64,000 nucleotides of DNA from a virus: the IMG/VR virus record IMGVR_UViG_3300013947_000002, positions 34,281 to 98,280 of that record. One strand, written 5' to 3'. Below are positions 35,726 to 45,423 of the stretch, in pieces (the first letter of the stretch is position 1; every line of letters starts with the position of its first letter). Under the pieces are notes generated by a model. It was not told the DNA's origin, made no database searches, and was given only the letters and a program-made list of their open reading frames with translations. Made by a program: the position numbers and the translations under genes.

Positions 35726-36329
35726 TTGGGATTCTATTGTTGAAAGCACATCGTTTAAGCGTCTAGCACCGGGAGGCTATATTGTCAAGATTCTCAATGT
35801 TGAGGACAACCCCAATAAGGAGTATCTAAAAATTTCGTTTGACATTGTAGAAGGAGATGAAAAGGGCTACTTCAAGAAGCAGTATGATAATGATAAGCGT
35901 GAGACGCGCAAGTGGCCCAACGCTGGCTCGTTCATCAGATCGTATAAGGATAGTGCTGCTTCGATGTTTAAGGGATTCGTTGGAGCCGTTGAACGCTCAA
36001 ACAAGGGATATGTGTGGAATTTTGAAGAAAAGACACTAGTTGGTAAGCTGGTGGGGCTTATCATCGCAGATGAGCAGTATCAAAATCAGAAGGGCCAGAT
36101 TCGTGAGCGTAACTATGTAGCTGCTGTTCGGTCTGTTGATATTATCAAGAAGGGTGAATTTGACGTGCCTCCTCTAAAGGAGTTAGATGGCTCTAAAGTC
36201 CAGCAGACAACCGCCAAGCCTGCACCCATTGCAGACCCGTTTGCGAATGATGCTTCCACCGCAACTGAGCCAGCTCCTGATTATGATAATCCGTGGGGTG
36301 GCGATGATGAATCTAATCCATTTCTATAA
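35709..36329 (+). CDS. DUF669-like protein (ssDNA-binding-type partner of AAA_24 ATPases)
   Basis: GGYIVKILNVEDNPNKEYLKISFDIVEGDEKGYF pattern with an acidic C-terminal tail. Confidence 0.45.
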   Translation: MRKISNWDSIVESTSFKRLAPGGYIVKILNVEDNPNKEYLKISFDIVEGDEKGYFKKQYDNDKRETRKWPNAGSFIRSYKDSAASMFKGFVGAVERSNKGYVWNFEEKTLVGKLVGLIIADEQYQNQKGQIRERNYVAAVRSVDIIKKGEFDVPPLKELDGSKVQQTTAKPAPIADPFANDASTATEPAPDYDNPWGGDDESNPFL

Positions 36330-36338
36330 AAATATCAA

Positions 36339-36367
36339 AGCCGGGGCTTGACAACTCCGGCTTTTTA
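36339..36367 (+). terminator. terminator hairpin whose loop contains the next promoter's -35
   Basis: AGCCGG (36339-44) pairs with CCGGCT (36357-62), followed by T5. Confidence 0.6.
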
Positions 36368-36376
36368 TTGTATAAT
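36348..36376 (+). promoter_or_regulatory. sigma-A-like promoter
   Basis: TTGACA 36348-53, 17 nt spacer, TG-TATAAT 36371-76. Confidence 0.6.
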
Positions 36377-36396
36377 AGCCGCGAGGTGATAAATAT

Positions 36397-36828
36397 ATGA
36401 ATACAGATGTGATGTTCTCTAGCGCGACAGATAATTGGTCAACACCACAAGATTTCTTTGATAAGTTGAATGACGAGTTCCATTTCACTCTTGATGTATG
36501 TGCAGATGACAAAAATCACAAATGCGAACACTACTATACCAAAGAAACAAACGGGTTAATTAGACCTTGGATTGGTACAGTATGGTGTAATCCTCCATAT
36601 GGGCACACCATTGGCGAATGGGTGAGACGAGCATACTTGTCATCGCGCGTTGGCTCAACCACAGTGGTAATGTTACTACCAGCTAGAACAGATACTAGAT
36701 GGTTCCATGATTACATCTACAATAAACCAAATGTGGAAATCCGCTTCATCAAAGGGCGGCTCAAATTTGGCGATAGTAAAAATTCAGCGCCATTCCCATC
36801 TATGGCGGTAATCTTTAGACCAAGGTAA
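36397..36828 (+). CDS. phage N6-adenine DNA methyltransferase (Dam family, NPPY)
   Basis: Contains STPQDFFDKLNDEFHFTLDVCA and WCNPPYG. Confidence 0.8.
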   Translation: MNTDVMFSSATDNWSTPQDFFDKLNDEFHFTLDVCADDKNHKCEHYYTKETNGLIRPWIGTVWCNPPYGHTIGEWVRRAYLSSRVGSTTVVMLLPARTDTRWFHDYIYNKPNVEIRFIKGRLKFGDSKNSAPFPSMAVIFRPR

Positions 36829-36846
36829 AAATCGAGGTGATGATGC

Positions 36847-37479
36847 TTGAATAGATTTCTATGTGTAGGTCAGCTATCAGAGCTACGAATTGACCTATAT
36901 CAAACCCATATGAAAGCCAGATTCAGCATCATCACCAACAACCAGTGCCTCACCATGAGCCAAACGATAAGCCGCAAATGGAATGAGGTGCAGATAAAGC
37001 AATGGCTTGATATGATGCCCTATATCCATCCGCGCATAGATAGCTATGTATATGTCAAAAATAAACATTATTATACAATGAAAAAATCTGATATGCCTAC
37101 TAGGCTATTGGTATCTGGCAATATCAATGAATGGAAAAAATCATTGTATTTTAATGTACAATATTGTCGCATAGCTGATGATAGTGCAGCTGATGGCATG
37201 AGCATAGAGATGGATGGGCAATGGGTCGATTCTGGCCGATTCTTGAATATATGCGGAGATTCGCCTAGGGTGTTTAGCATCCAGCGCCCAGACGGCTGTG
37301 ATGACCGCATATGCCGATTACGGCTCAATTATGATGCAGGATATAGCATAGAGCAAAATCGGGTCATAACGCATGAGAGCGGCCTTAGTATAGTTGATTG
37401 TAAGAGGACAGATGTGGCTATGAGCCAAGAAGAAATTGATAAATGGATGCTAGAATATGAGATAATTTCAGGAGGTTGA
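36847..37479 (+). CDS. hypothetical protein
   Basis: TTG start 7 nt after GAGGTG. Confidence 0.45.
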   Translation: MNRFLCVGQLSELRIDLYQTHMKARFSIITNNQCLTMSQTISRKWNEVQIKQWLDMMPYIHPRIDSYVYVKNKHYYTMKKSDMPTRLLVSGNINEWKKSLYFNVQYCRIADDSAADGMSIEMDGQWVDSGRFLNICGDSPRVFSIQRPDGCDDRICRLRLNYDAGYSIEQNRVITHESGLSIVDCKRTDVAMSQEEIDKWMLEYEIISGG

Positions 37480-37480
37480 A

Positions 37481-38143
37481 ATGAATAATAAACGATTGCT
37501 TGTTTGTTGTGAAGAATCTCAGCGCGTGTGTACGGCCTTTCGTGAACGTGGTTGGGAGGCGTATAGCTGTGACATTGAGCCATATTCTGGTGGTCATCCA
37601 GAATGGCATATCCAGCAGGATGTATTACCGCTAATCAATGGCGATTGTGAATTTGATACAGTTGATGGTGTGCATCATGTCATCGATGGCGAATGGGATT
37701 TGTTGATTTGTCATCCTCCTTGCACTTACCTTAGTAATGCCGGTGCGCGTCATCTATGGAAAGAGCACATTTTAAATCAAGAGCGGTATGCAAAAGGACT
37801 TGAAGCCAAAGAATTTTTCATGAAATTCATCAATGCTAAATGCGAACATATTGTTGTTGAAAATCCAACACCGTCTAAAGTATATAATTTGCCACCTTAT
37901 CAGCAGACAATTCAACCATATGAATATGGACATCCATTCAAGAAAACAACTAGATTATGGGAGAAGGGCGTTCCACAACTTATCCCTACTAATATTGTAG
38001 AGCAAAGAGAGTCAACTAAAATTGCTGGAAACTGGTATAACAAAGGTGGTAAAGAACGCCAAAAGAACCGTAGCAAGACGTTTGAAGGAATAGCTAAAGC
38101 CATGGCTGAACAGTGGGGAGAATATATCGAAAATTTATCTTGA
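37481..38143 (+). CDS. C5-cytosine-methyltransferase-like protein (short form)
   Basis: ICHPPCTYLS (PC motif) and VVENP (ENV-like). No clear FxGxG. Confidence 0.5.
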   Translation: MNNKRLLVCCEESQRVCTAFRERGWEAYSCDIEPYSGGHPEWHIQQDVLPLINGDCEFDTVDGVHHVIDGEWDLLICHPPCTYLSNAGARHLWKEHILNQERYAKGLEAKEFFMKFINAKCEHIVVENPTPSKVYNLPPYQQTIQPYEYGHPFKKTTRLWEKGVPQLIPTNIVEQRESTKIAGNWYNKGGKERQKNRSKTFEGIAKAMAEQWGEYIENLS

Positions 38144-38168
38144 CAAATCAAACAATATATGCTATACT
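38140..38168 (+). promoter_or_regulatory. sigma-A-like promoter
   Basis: TTGACA 38140-45, 17 nt spacer, TGC-TATACT 38163-68. Confidence 0.6.
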
Positions 38169-38198
38169 TGGATTATCAAAGAGATGGAGGTAAGGATT

Positions 38199-38345
38199 AT
38201 GGTTTGGAGAGTATGGTTCTATAAAGACTGGATTGAGGATGCGATGTATGTGGCAGCAGATTCATTTGATGAAGCAATTGCATTGGCTCGTCAGTTTGAC
38301 AATAGATATAGCGTGGCTCAGCCTGTAGGCAAAGCTAATGCCTAA
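38199..38345 (+). CDS. small hypothetical protein (48 aa)
   Basis: ATG follows GGAGGTAAGGA. Confidence 0.4.
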   Translation: MVWRVWFYKDWIEDAMYVAADSFDEAIALARQFDNRYSVAQPVGKANA

Positions 38346-38820
38346 GCCACCTACCATTAAATGCCGTCAATGCGGCAAACAGCAGCTCAAATCTGATGCA
38401 ATCCAATTACCTAATAAATTCTGGTTCTGTTGTCAAGATTGCGCCGATAAGTGGTTGGCTGGACGTAAAAAGCAAGACAAGCCAAAAGAGGATTATAGCC
38501 CGCTGCGCAAATTGACCGATTATGTACAGACATATGCACCTGATACCAAATGGGTCAAATTCGTACAGACGGTCAAGAAGATGCAGAGCGATTATGGGTT
38601 GACACCTCAATCTATACAATACTCTTTGTGGTATATGCGCGAACATCTGCGGCTTGGCTTTGATGGGTCTGGTTTACCACTAGTGCCATATTATGCTGAA
38701 GCAGCTAAAAAATACTACAACTGGCGCAAAAAGATGCAACAGGTTGTTGCTGATTGGCAACTTGAGGACAAGAATGTTGAGATTGTTAGGCAAGAGAAAG
38801 AGGAGGATGTGTTTGAATGA
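38338..38820 (+). CDS. hypothetical Zn-ribbon protein
   Basis: Contains CRQCGK...CCQDC. Confidence 0.5.
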   Translation: MPKPPTIKCRQCGKQQLKSDAIQLPNKFWFCCQDCADKWLAGRKKQDKPKEDYSPLRKLTDYVQTYAPDTKWVKFVQTVKKMQSDYGLTPQSIQYSLWYMREHLRLGFDGSGLPLVPYYAEAAKKYYNWRKKMQQVVADWQLEDKNVEIVRQEKEEDVFE

Positions 38821-39077
38821 AGCATAAAATGATTGGTTGTTCAGAAGAGTGTTTGAGGCTTGCTTGTTGCGATTTTTGCATCTACGTCATTTATAACACA
38901 ATCTACGATGAAGTAGGTAGTATTGTGGGTATCGAGCCGATTGGTTGTAGTTTACATGATGATGAGCGCCATCAAGATATCGCTGAAAGCTGTGGATATT
39001 GTTCCGATTTCCATTGCTTTAGAGCGGATGAAGATAATATGGTCGTAGAGGAGATTGATGATGATGAACTGGCGTAG
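38817..39077 (+). CDS. hypothetical Cys-rich protein
   Basis: ATGA-coupled ORF. Confidence 0.5.
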   Translation: MKHKMIGCSEECLRLACCDFCIYVIYNTIYDEVGSIVGIEPIGCSLHDDERHQDIAESCGYCSDFHCFRADEDNMVVEEIDDDELA

Positions 39078-39288
39078 TATGAGAATTAAGCCATCTGCGT
39101 ATGAGTGGGTGCTTGTATCGTTCGCTGGTGAAAACAGAGAAAGGTTGCCAGATACTTGTATTGTTGGGGCGCTCTGGGAAACTGATGAAAGCGATTTAGC
39201 ATGGTATGACGGCAATAGATTTTATACAATTCACGACACAGACTATTGGGCTTATATTGAGTTGCCGATTGAATTTCCGGAGGACTGA
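39055..39288 (+). CDS. hypothetical protein
   Basis: Overlapping coupled ORF. Confidence 0.5.
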   Translation: MMMMNWRSMRIKPSAYEWVLVSFAGENRERLPDTCIVGALWETDESDLAWYDGNRFYTIHDTDYWAYIELPIEFPED

Positions 39289-39291
39289 TTA

Positions 39292-40767
39292 TTGATATAT
39301 GATGCAAATTCAGCACGTCTTTTATTAGGTTGTTTGCTAATCAAGCCCTCGCTTGCCATCTCCGATAAATACCCCCTGTCTAAAGCCGATTTTGAGCCAA
39401 CGCCGTTCCATCTCCGTCTTTGGCAAGCGTGTGTAGCTCTTGCTCGTCGTGGAGCTGAGTCCATATCGAGCCTAGACATCTATATGCTATGTAAGAACAA
39501 TAAGCAAGTAGAGGGTATATTCAAGGCAAATCAACTTGACGATTTTATTGATACGGTCAAGCAACTTGCCAATGTCGGCAACTTTGACGTATATTACGCA
39601 AATGTGCGCCGGTGCACGTTGATTAGAGCGTATAAGGCGGCTGGGTACAATGTAGACAAATTTGAGCAAGATGACCAAGCATCCATTGAAGATATTGTAC
39701 AGTGGTTTGACGCACAACAGATAGCTATTAAAAAGACGTTCTATAAAGATAAGGATATTGACGAACTAAAGGCTGGTGATGGCTTTGAGGCGGTCAAAGA
39801 GGGCTTCAAATCAGAGCCGCTATTTGGCGCTACTACATTCAGCGAATATCTGAACACAGCGGCTAGAGGCTGGATTCCGGGACAGTTGTCAATCTATTCA
39901 GTCGGCTCAGGTATAGGTAAGTCAACTATCGGCTTGGCTAATCTTGTGCAAGTATGCTGTCCTAGAATCTATGATATAGACAAAGAGCAATATGTAGACA
40001 ACCCATGCTATCAACATAAGGCCGGTCTGTATCTCCAATTTGAGATGGCTGGTGATACTGAAGTCACGCCTAAAATCGTGGCTACAATTAGCGGCGTACC
40101 ATGCTTTAGCATTTTGAATGGCCGCTATGAAGAGGGCGAAGAAGAACGGGTAGACGAAGCGATTAAGATTCTGCATGAATCTAATCTGTATATCGTCACT
40201 ATGCCTAATTATACGGTTGACCTGATTGAATCATATGTCAAGGATTATGTGGTAAACCGAGGGGTCGGCTATTTGTGCTACGATTATATAGTCGAGTCAG
40301 CCTCAGTATCGAGCGATATTGCCAAAAAGAACGGTGTGGCTACACGGTCAGATCAGGTCTTATCAGGTATTGCAAGCAAGCTCAAGGATTTAGCCGTTGA
40401 ATATAATATTGCCGTCCTTACATTTACTCAAGTTAATGCCAATGCTATGACGCAAGAAATTATGGATAGTGGTGTTGCGGCTGGTTCTAGGGCGATTCAG
40501 AACAAGGCTGATATTGCTGGTGTTATTATGCCACTGCGCCATAAAGAACAGGACATAGCCGACATGGTGGCTGAAAAATATCCCGATAGAGTCAAGCCGA
40601 ATCGTGTATTATCTGTCTACAAAATGCGGTTCTCATCGGTTGAACAAGGCATCAAGATTTATTTTTATCTCGATTTGAATACAGGTAGAACTAAGGATTG
40701 TTTTATAACAACAAAATTTGACCAGCTATATTCGCTCAGTAAGACAAGGTTGGTGTATGCTAAATAA
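39292..40767 (+). CDS. DnaB-like replicative helicase
   Basis: TTG start 7 nt after GGAGGA. N-terminal ANSARLLLGCLLIKPSL, Walker A VGSGIGKST, RecA-like C-terminal domain. Confidence 0.8.
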   Translation: MIYDANSARLLLGCLLIKPSLAISDKYPLSKADFEPTPFHLRLWQACVALARRGAESISSLDIYMLCKNNKQVEGIFKANQLDDFIDTVKQLANVGNFDVYYANVRRCTLIRAYKAAGYNVDKFEQDDQASIEDIVQWFDAQQIAIKKTFYKDKDIDELKAGDGFEAVKEGFKSEPLFGATTFSEYLNTAARGWIPGQLSIYSVGSGIGKSTIGLANLVQVCCPRIYDIDKEQYVDNPCYQHKAGLYLQFEMAGDTEVTPKIVATISGVPCFSILNGRYEEGEEERVDEAIKILHESNLYIVTMPNYTVDLIESYVKDYVVNRGVGYLCYDYIVESASVSSDIAKKNGVATRSDQVLSGIASKLKDLAVEYNIAVLTFTQVNANAMTQEIMDSGVAAGSRAIQNKADIAGVIMPLRHKEQDIADMVAEKYPDRVKPNRVLSVYKMRFSSVEQGIKIYFYLDLNTGRTKDCFITTKFDQLYSLSKTRLVYAK

Positions 40768-41039
40768 TGAAAGATATAATTGATGAACTGGTAGATTATA
40801 TTGAAAATTGTACTTATGTTGATGTGTTGCAGACATTGAACAACGAGGAGAATATTCTACGGAAATATGGCAGTGCTTGGTCTGACAAGGTAGATAAAAT
40901 TGTTCGTGACTCCATTACAAATAACCATGATGCTTTATATACAAGCGTACTTAATGAGTGTTGTATTATATTTGGCCTTAGCAAGAAAGAACGTGATGAA
41001 ATTGTGTCGAAGCTAAAGAATGAAGGATACGCTAAATGA
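40767..41039 (+). CDS. hypothetical protein
   Basis: Coupled ORF. Confidence 0.5.
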   Translation: MKDIIDELVDYIENCTYVDVLQTLNNEENILRKYGSAWSDKVDKIVRDSITNNHDALYTSVLNECCIIFGLSKKERDEIVSKLKNEGYAK

Positions 41040-41233
41040 TTGATAGAGTAAAAGAACTATACCTATGTGCTCAAGATATTGCTGCAAATGCTGATAAGTT
41101 ATTAGCAGATGTTCCATATTATCAAGATTGTGATGTTGTTATTGGTTTGCATAATGATGAATCGCCGTTCGTCAAGGTGGTACAGAGATATGTGCCAGAG
41201 GAAATTGTGCTGTGGTATAAGGAGAATAGCTAA
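41036..41233 (+). CDS. hypothetical protein
   Basis: Coupled ORF. Confidence 0.5.
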   Translation: MIDRVKELYLCAQDIAANADKLLADVPYYQDCDVVIGLHNDESPFVKVVQRYVPEEIVLWYKENS

Positions 41234-41406
41234 TGTTGTGGATTCTTTATTGTGTAGGATTATTCTTGTCATTCTTTGGCATTTTTGTTGGTGGTAATAA
41301 TTATAAACGAACACATAAATATAGCGACTTATTTGTATGTTGCACTGGTTGCGGCTTGTTGGCGTTTACTTTGATGCTTGGAGCTGTGTTGATTTTTGTT
41401 GTATGA
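41233..41406 (+). CDS. two-TM small membrane protein (57 aa)
   Basis: MLWILYCVGLFLSFFGIFVGG...GLLAFTLMLGAVLIFVV. Confidence 0.4.
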   Translation: MLWILYCVGLFLSFFGIFVGGNNYKRTHKYSDLFVCCTGCGLLAFTLMLGAVLIFVV

Positions 41407-41449
41407 TTGATATTCCCAATCTCAAATCTTAACCAATCGAGGAATTACT

Positions 41450-41776
41450 ATGATTCATATAAAAGTAAATGAGGAGCGCGAACAGGTGAATGTCCCGTAT
41501 GCGCCTCCTCACTCATATGTTAAAAGCACAGAAACAATCTTGTCGTTCGATACTAAAGATGATTATGACAATTTTGTGGTAGAATCCCATGATAATGCAG
41601 ATGGCTCTAAATATCTAAAGCTCGGTATCAATCTATATAAAGAGCCGGTTCGCTTGTGCCCTGCAATCACACACTATCTCAATGTTCAAACGTCTGATAA
41701 TAAATCAGATGAGGAGCTAATTCTTATTGGTACACAATATATTGAATTTGAAAAGATATATTTGAATCATGATTGA
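41450..41776 (+). CDS. hypothetical protein
   Basis: ATG follows CGAGGA. Confidence 0.5.
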   Translation: MIHIKVNEEREQVNVPYAPPHSYVKSTETILSFDTKDDYDNFVVESHDNADGSKYLKLGINLYKEPVRLCPAITHYLNVQTSDNKSDEELILIGTQYIEFEKIYLNHD

Positions 41777-42818
41777 TATTGCCTCTCTCAAATCCCAATT
41801 AACCGAAGACCGCATTATTGAGTTGCTTGATGCTCTAGGTGCTCCGTTGATGAAAGCGGATAGTAACAACCTTGTATTCCCGTCTATCTGCCACCAGAGC
41901 GACCCATTAGCCCATTCCGCTAAGCTCTGGCTATACCTCGACTCCATGCAATACAAGTGCTGGAGTTGTGGCTTTTCAGGTGATACCATATCTCTAGTTC
42001 AGCACGTCAAACATCTTGACTTCAATCAAGCGATTACCTATATTTGCTCAACTCTAAATCTGCAAGTCGGTCAAATAGAGCAAAATGAGCAACTTGATAA
42101 TTGGTCTGAATTGCGCCGATTCTTACCAGATGCTGAGCCAGAGCCAGATAAGTTGGTTACATATGACCCAGCCGTCTTATCCCTATTTGACCACTTATAC
42201 CCGCAAGATTGGCTAGATTATGGGATAACGAAAGATATACTTGATAAATTCGGCGTAGGTTGGTATGCACGGCAAGCGTGTATTTCCATACCTGTAGTGT
42301 TTAATGGGCAACTGGTAGGTGTAAGGGGGAGATATACAAAAGAACAGGATGTAGCTAAAGGCAAGTATAGACCGATATGTACGCTTGATGGACAGGTGTT
42401 TAAATTCCCAAGCGGTGCTTGCTTTTATGGCTATGACCAGAATAGAGCAGCTATTGAAAAGTCGCGCCAAGTAGTGTTATTTGAATCAGAAAAAAGTGTG
42501 CTAAAGTCGCCCCAATATGGCATAGATAATGCTCTAGCCGTTTTTGGCTCTAATATTAGTAAGCGACATATTCAGCTATTGCTTGAGTTGGGTGTAAATG
42601 AGGTGGCGCTTGGCTTCGACTCGGATTACCATATAGTGGGCGATGATGAATTTAGATTCTTTGCGACTAAGATGAAGAAGCTGGCGGCTAAGTTGCGTAG
42701 TTATTTTAACGTCTCGATTATATATAACAATCAAGGCTATGATATGTATAAATGCAATATGATGGATATATCATATGAGCAAGCAATGAAGTTATGGGAA
42801 AGTAGGGTGAAAATTTAA
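41769..42818 (+). CDS. DnaG-like primase (CHC2 zinc finger plus Toprim)
   Basis: Contains CHQSD...YKCWSCGFSGDTISLV, VVLFESEKSVLK and LGFDSDY. Confidence 0.75.
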   Translation: MIDIASLKSQLTEDRIIELLDALGAPLMKADSNNLVFPSICHQSDPLAHSAKLWLYLDSMQYKCWSCGFSGDTISLVQHVKHLDFNQAITYICSTLNLQVGQIEQNEQLDNWSELRRFLPDAEPEPDKLVTYDPAVLSLFDHLYPQDWLDYGITKDILDKFGVGWYARQACISIPVVFNGQLVGVRGRYTKEQDVAKGKYRPICTLDGQVFKFPSGACFYGYDQNRAAIEKSRQVVLFESEKSVLKSPQYGIDNALAVFGSNISKRHIQLLLELGVNEVALGFDSDYHIVGDDEFRFFATKMKKLAAKLRSYFNVSIIYNNQGYDMYKCNMMDISYEQAMKLWESRVKI

Positions 42819-42826
42819 TATAGCTC

Positions 42827-42855
42827 TTGACAATCAACCTCCTTTGTGGTATAAT
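42827..42855 (+). promoter_or_regulatory. sigma-A-like promoter whose spacer is complementary to the downstream RBS
   Basis: TTGACA 42827-32, TGG-TATAAT 42850-55. ATCAACCTCCTT (42833-44) is the reverse complement of AAGGAGGTTGAT (42871-82). Confidence 0.6.
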
Positions 42856-42889
42856 CGCTATATCAACAATAAGGAGGTTGATTTTATTT

Positions 42890-43777
42890 ATGAGAGTATT
42901 ATCGTTATTTGATGGGATTGCCTGTGGACGGTTGGCATTAGAAAGAGCTGGTATTAGAATCGATTCATATGATGCTTGGGAGATTGAAAAGAACGCAATT
43001 AAAGTCGCGGCGACCAATTATCCAGACATTATAGAACACGGCGATGTAACAAAACAGGATTTTACAAAATATAAAGACAAGGTGGATTTGCTTATTGGAG
43101 GTTCGCCTTGTCAAGGATTCAGCTTTTCAGGTAGAATGCTGAATTTTAATGACCCTCGTAGCAAACTCTTTTTTGAATTTGTCAGAGCCATTGAAGAATG
43201 CAAGCCCAAATACTTTTTACTTGAAAACGTTGTGATGAAACAGGAATGGCGAAACATCATTTCATCATATCTTGGAGTTGAGCCAATTGAAATAAATTCA
43301 GCACTTGTATCAGCTCAAAATCGACGCAGATTGTATTGGACTAATATACCGAATGTAAATCAACCAAGAGATAAAAACATCAAACTAATTGACATTCTTG
43401 ATGATAAATCAATGCTTAATCCGGCCGCTATTCGTGGTCGTACAATTGTTGGGTATAATAAGAATACTGTTCAATGTCTTGAGGTTAGGTCTAAATACAC
43501 TGACAAATCAAATTGTTTGACAACCGTTGATAAGGACAATGTATTAACATCATTGTCACATGGTAGATATATTGACGTATTTAACAATACTTATCCGTGG
43601 CGATACTATACCACTGCGGAAATGTGTAGGTTACAAACATTGACAGATGATTATCTTAATATGATACCTGATAGCGCAGCGAGAAAAGCGCTTGGGAATG
43701 GATGGGCAGTGGATGTAATCACACATATCTTCAGTTATTTACCAGATAAATATAAGATTGGAGGGGAGAAAGATTAA
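42890..43777 (+). CDS. DNA cytosine-5 methyltransferase
   Basis: Contains LSLFDGIACG (I), GGSPCQGFS (IV), LLENV (VI), QNRRR (VIII) and GNGW (X). Confidence 0.9.
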   Translation: MRVLSLFDGIACGRLALERAGIRIDSYDAWEIEKNAIKVAATNYPDIIEHGDVTKQDFTKYKDKVDLLIGGSPCQGFSFSGRMLNFNDPRSKLFFEFVRAIEECKPKYFLLENVVMKQEWRNIISSYLGVEPIEINSALVSAQNRRRLYWTNIPNVNQPRDKNIKLIDILDDKSMLNPAAIRGRTIVGYNKNTVQCLEVRSKYTDKSNCLTTVDKDNVLTSLSHGRYIDVFNNTYPWRYYTTAEMCRLQTLTDDYLNMIPDSAARKALGNGWAVDVITHIFSYLPDKYKIGGEKD

Positions 43778-44495
43778 AATTCATCCACTACTAGATTCCC
43801 TTAATGAAGCCACATTTTTACGAGCATATTTACGTGTCTGTGGTATAGATGATGTTGATGCTTATCTGCATCCAGATAAGATTGAATATCAAAGCCCAGA
43901 TATGTATAAGAATATGGATGTGGCTGTACTGCTACTTAAACAACATCTTACAAAAATGAGTAGAATCGCAGTTTTGTGCGACGAGGACGACGATGGCCTG
44001 TGTTCATGCGTTATCATTGCAGATATGCTTAAGCGGCTCAATGCTGAATATCGTATCTTCTTCCATACGGTTGCAAAGGCGCACGGTATTAGAGCCGACT
44101 CATCTGATAAGGTGCTGGATGATATTCTTGAATATGCGCCATCTCTACTTATCATCCCAGACGCAAGCGCAGATAGAGAATCATGCCAGACGCTCAGAGA
44201 GCATGACTGTGACGTGCTTATCCTAGACCATCATCTATATGATTTTTCAAATAATCCATACGCAGTTATTGTGAATTGTCTGCAACAGAGCGATACTAAT
44301 CAATCAGCAAGTGGCGCATTGATAGCAAGCAAATTCGCCAATACCGTTCTGGGCAACGATAAAGACGAATATGCCGACCTTGTAGCCATGTCGCTTATTG
44401 GTGATGTTATGGATTTACGCGACCTAGAGAATAGAGCCTATATCAATCAATGGCAAAGAGATTATGAGAAGGCGGTGAGCAAGCCGAATGAATGA
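43758..44495 (+). CDS. RecJ/YorK-like DHH phosphoesterase, N-terminal ORF
   Basis: Contains VLCDEDDDG (DxD), IIPDAS and LILDHH (DHH). Confidence 0.7.
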   Translation: MEGRKIKIHPLLDSLNEATFLRAYLRVCGIDDVDAYLHPDKIEYQSPDMYKNMDVAVLLLKQHLTKMSRIAVLCDEDDDGLCSCVIIADMLKRLNAEYRIFFHTVAKAHGIRADSSDKVLDDILEYAPSLLIIPDASADRESCQTLREHDCDVLILDHHLYDFSNNPYAVIVNCLQQSDTNQSASGALIASKFANTVLGNDKDEYADLVAMSLIGDVMDLRDLENRAYINQWQRDYEKAVSKPNE

Positions 44496-45423
44496 ATTTT
44501 TGACCTATATGGTAGAGAAGTTGGGCAAAGGTAGGCCGCCCTCTCCAACAAACGTGTCTTGGAACGTTGTGCCCAAGATTAACGCCGTTTTCCGAAATGG
44601 TACACAAGATGATAGGGCTGTGCTGATTGACGGCTTTATGGGCAACGTAGAGCCTGAGACGGCTATTAAGGTTGCTACTCGTTGCCATAGTAAACAAACG
44701 CGAGAGGTCAAAGCGCTGTTCGATTCGGCTATTAACAATCTCAACATTTATAAAAATTGCGTCGTAGCAATGATTAATAATAAACACAAAGAATATACTG
44801 GTCTATTGGCTAATAAGCTAATGTCCAAATATAATAAGACTGCATTTGTGTTTAGAAAATTAGACCCATGCACTCTATCAGGTAGTTATCGCTCGCCTGT
44901 TGATATTATTGATTTACTCAATGATAGCGGCTTAATCAAAGCGCAGGGTCACGGTTGTGCCGCTGGTTGCTTCTTGAAGGTGTCAAATGCCAAGCGATTC
45001 GTCAAGTGGTTTGACGAACAACAGATTGATATGGCTGGCGTTGTTGAGGTTGCGGCAAGTATTGAACCAAGTCAAATTACACACGCGCTATGTCAAATTT
45101 GTGTGGACAATGAAGGCTTGTTCGGACAGGGGTGCCCCAAGCCACTATTCCATTGTACTTTAACAACTCCACAGATTTATGTATATCGTAATCGCTCAAC
45201 TACTGTCAAGCTGATTCAGGACGGCATTGAGTTCATTAAATTCTTTGTTAACAATGAAGAAGTAAGTCAGTTTGAGGCGGCACAGGGCAAATCCATAGAG
45301 GTTGTGGTATCTCTTGGATTGAATGAATATAATGGGCAAATTAAGCCGCAAGCAATAATCGAGCGATATGAAATTGTAGATAAGAAAAACGATGAATTTG
45401 ATTGGGAAAGGATTTTTCAATGA
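44488..45423 (+). CDS. RecJ-like exonuclease, C-terminal (DHHA1-like) ORF
   Basis: Starts 8 nt before the upstream stop in the +1 frame. Contains AQGHGCAAG (GHxxAAG-like). Confidence 0.6.
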   Translation: MNEFLTYMVEKLGKGRPPSPTNVSWNVVPKINAVFRNGTQDDRAVLIDGFMGNVEPETAIKVATRCHSKQTREVKALFDSAINNLNIYKNCVVAMINNKHKEYTGLLANKLMSKYNKTAFVFRKLDPCTLSGSYRSPVDIIDLLNDSGLIKAQGHGCAAGCFLKVSNAKRFVKWFDEQQIDMAGVVEVAASIEPSQITHALCQICVDNEGLFGQGCPKPLFHCTLTTPQIYVYRNRSTTVKLIQDGIEFIKFFVNNEEVSQFEAAQGKSIEVVVSLGLNEYNGQIKPQAIIERYEIVDKKNDEFDWERIFQ

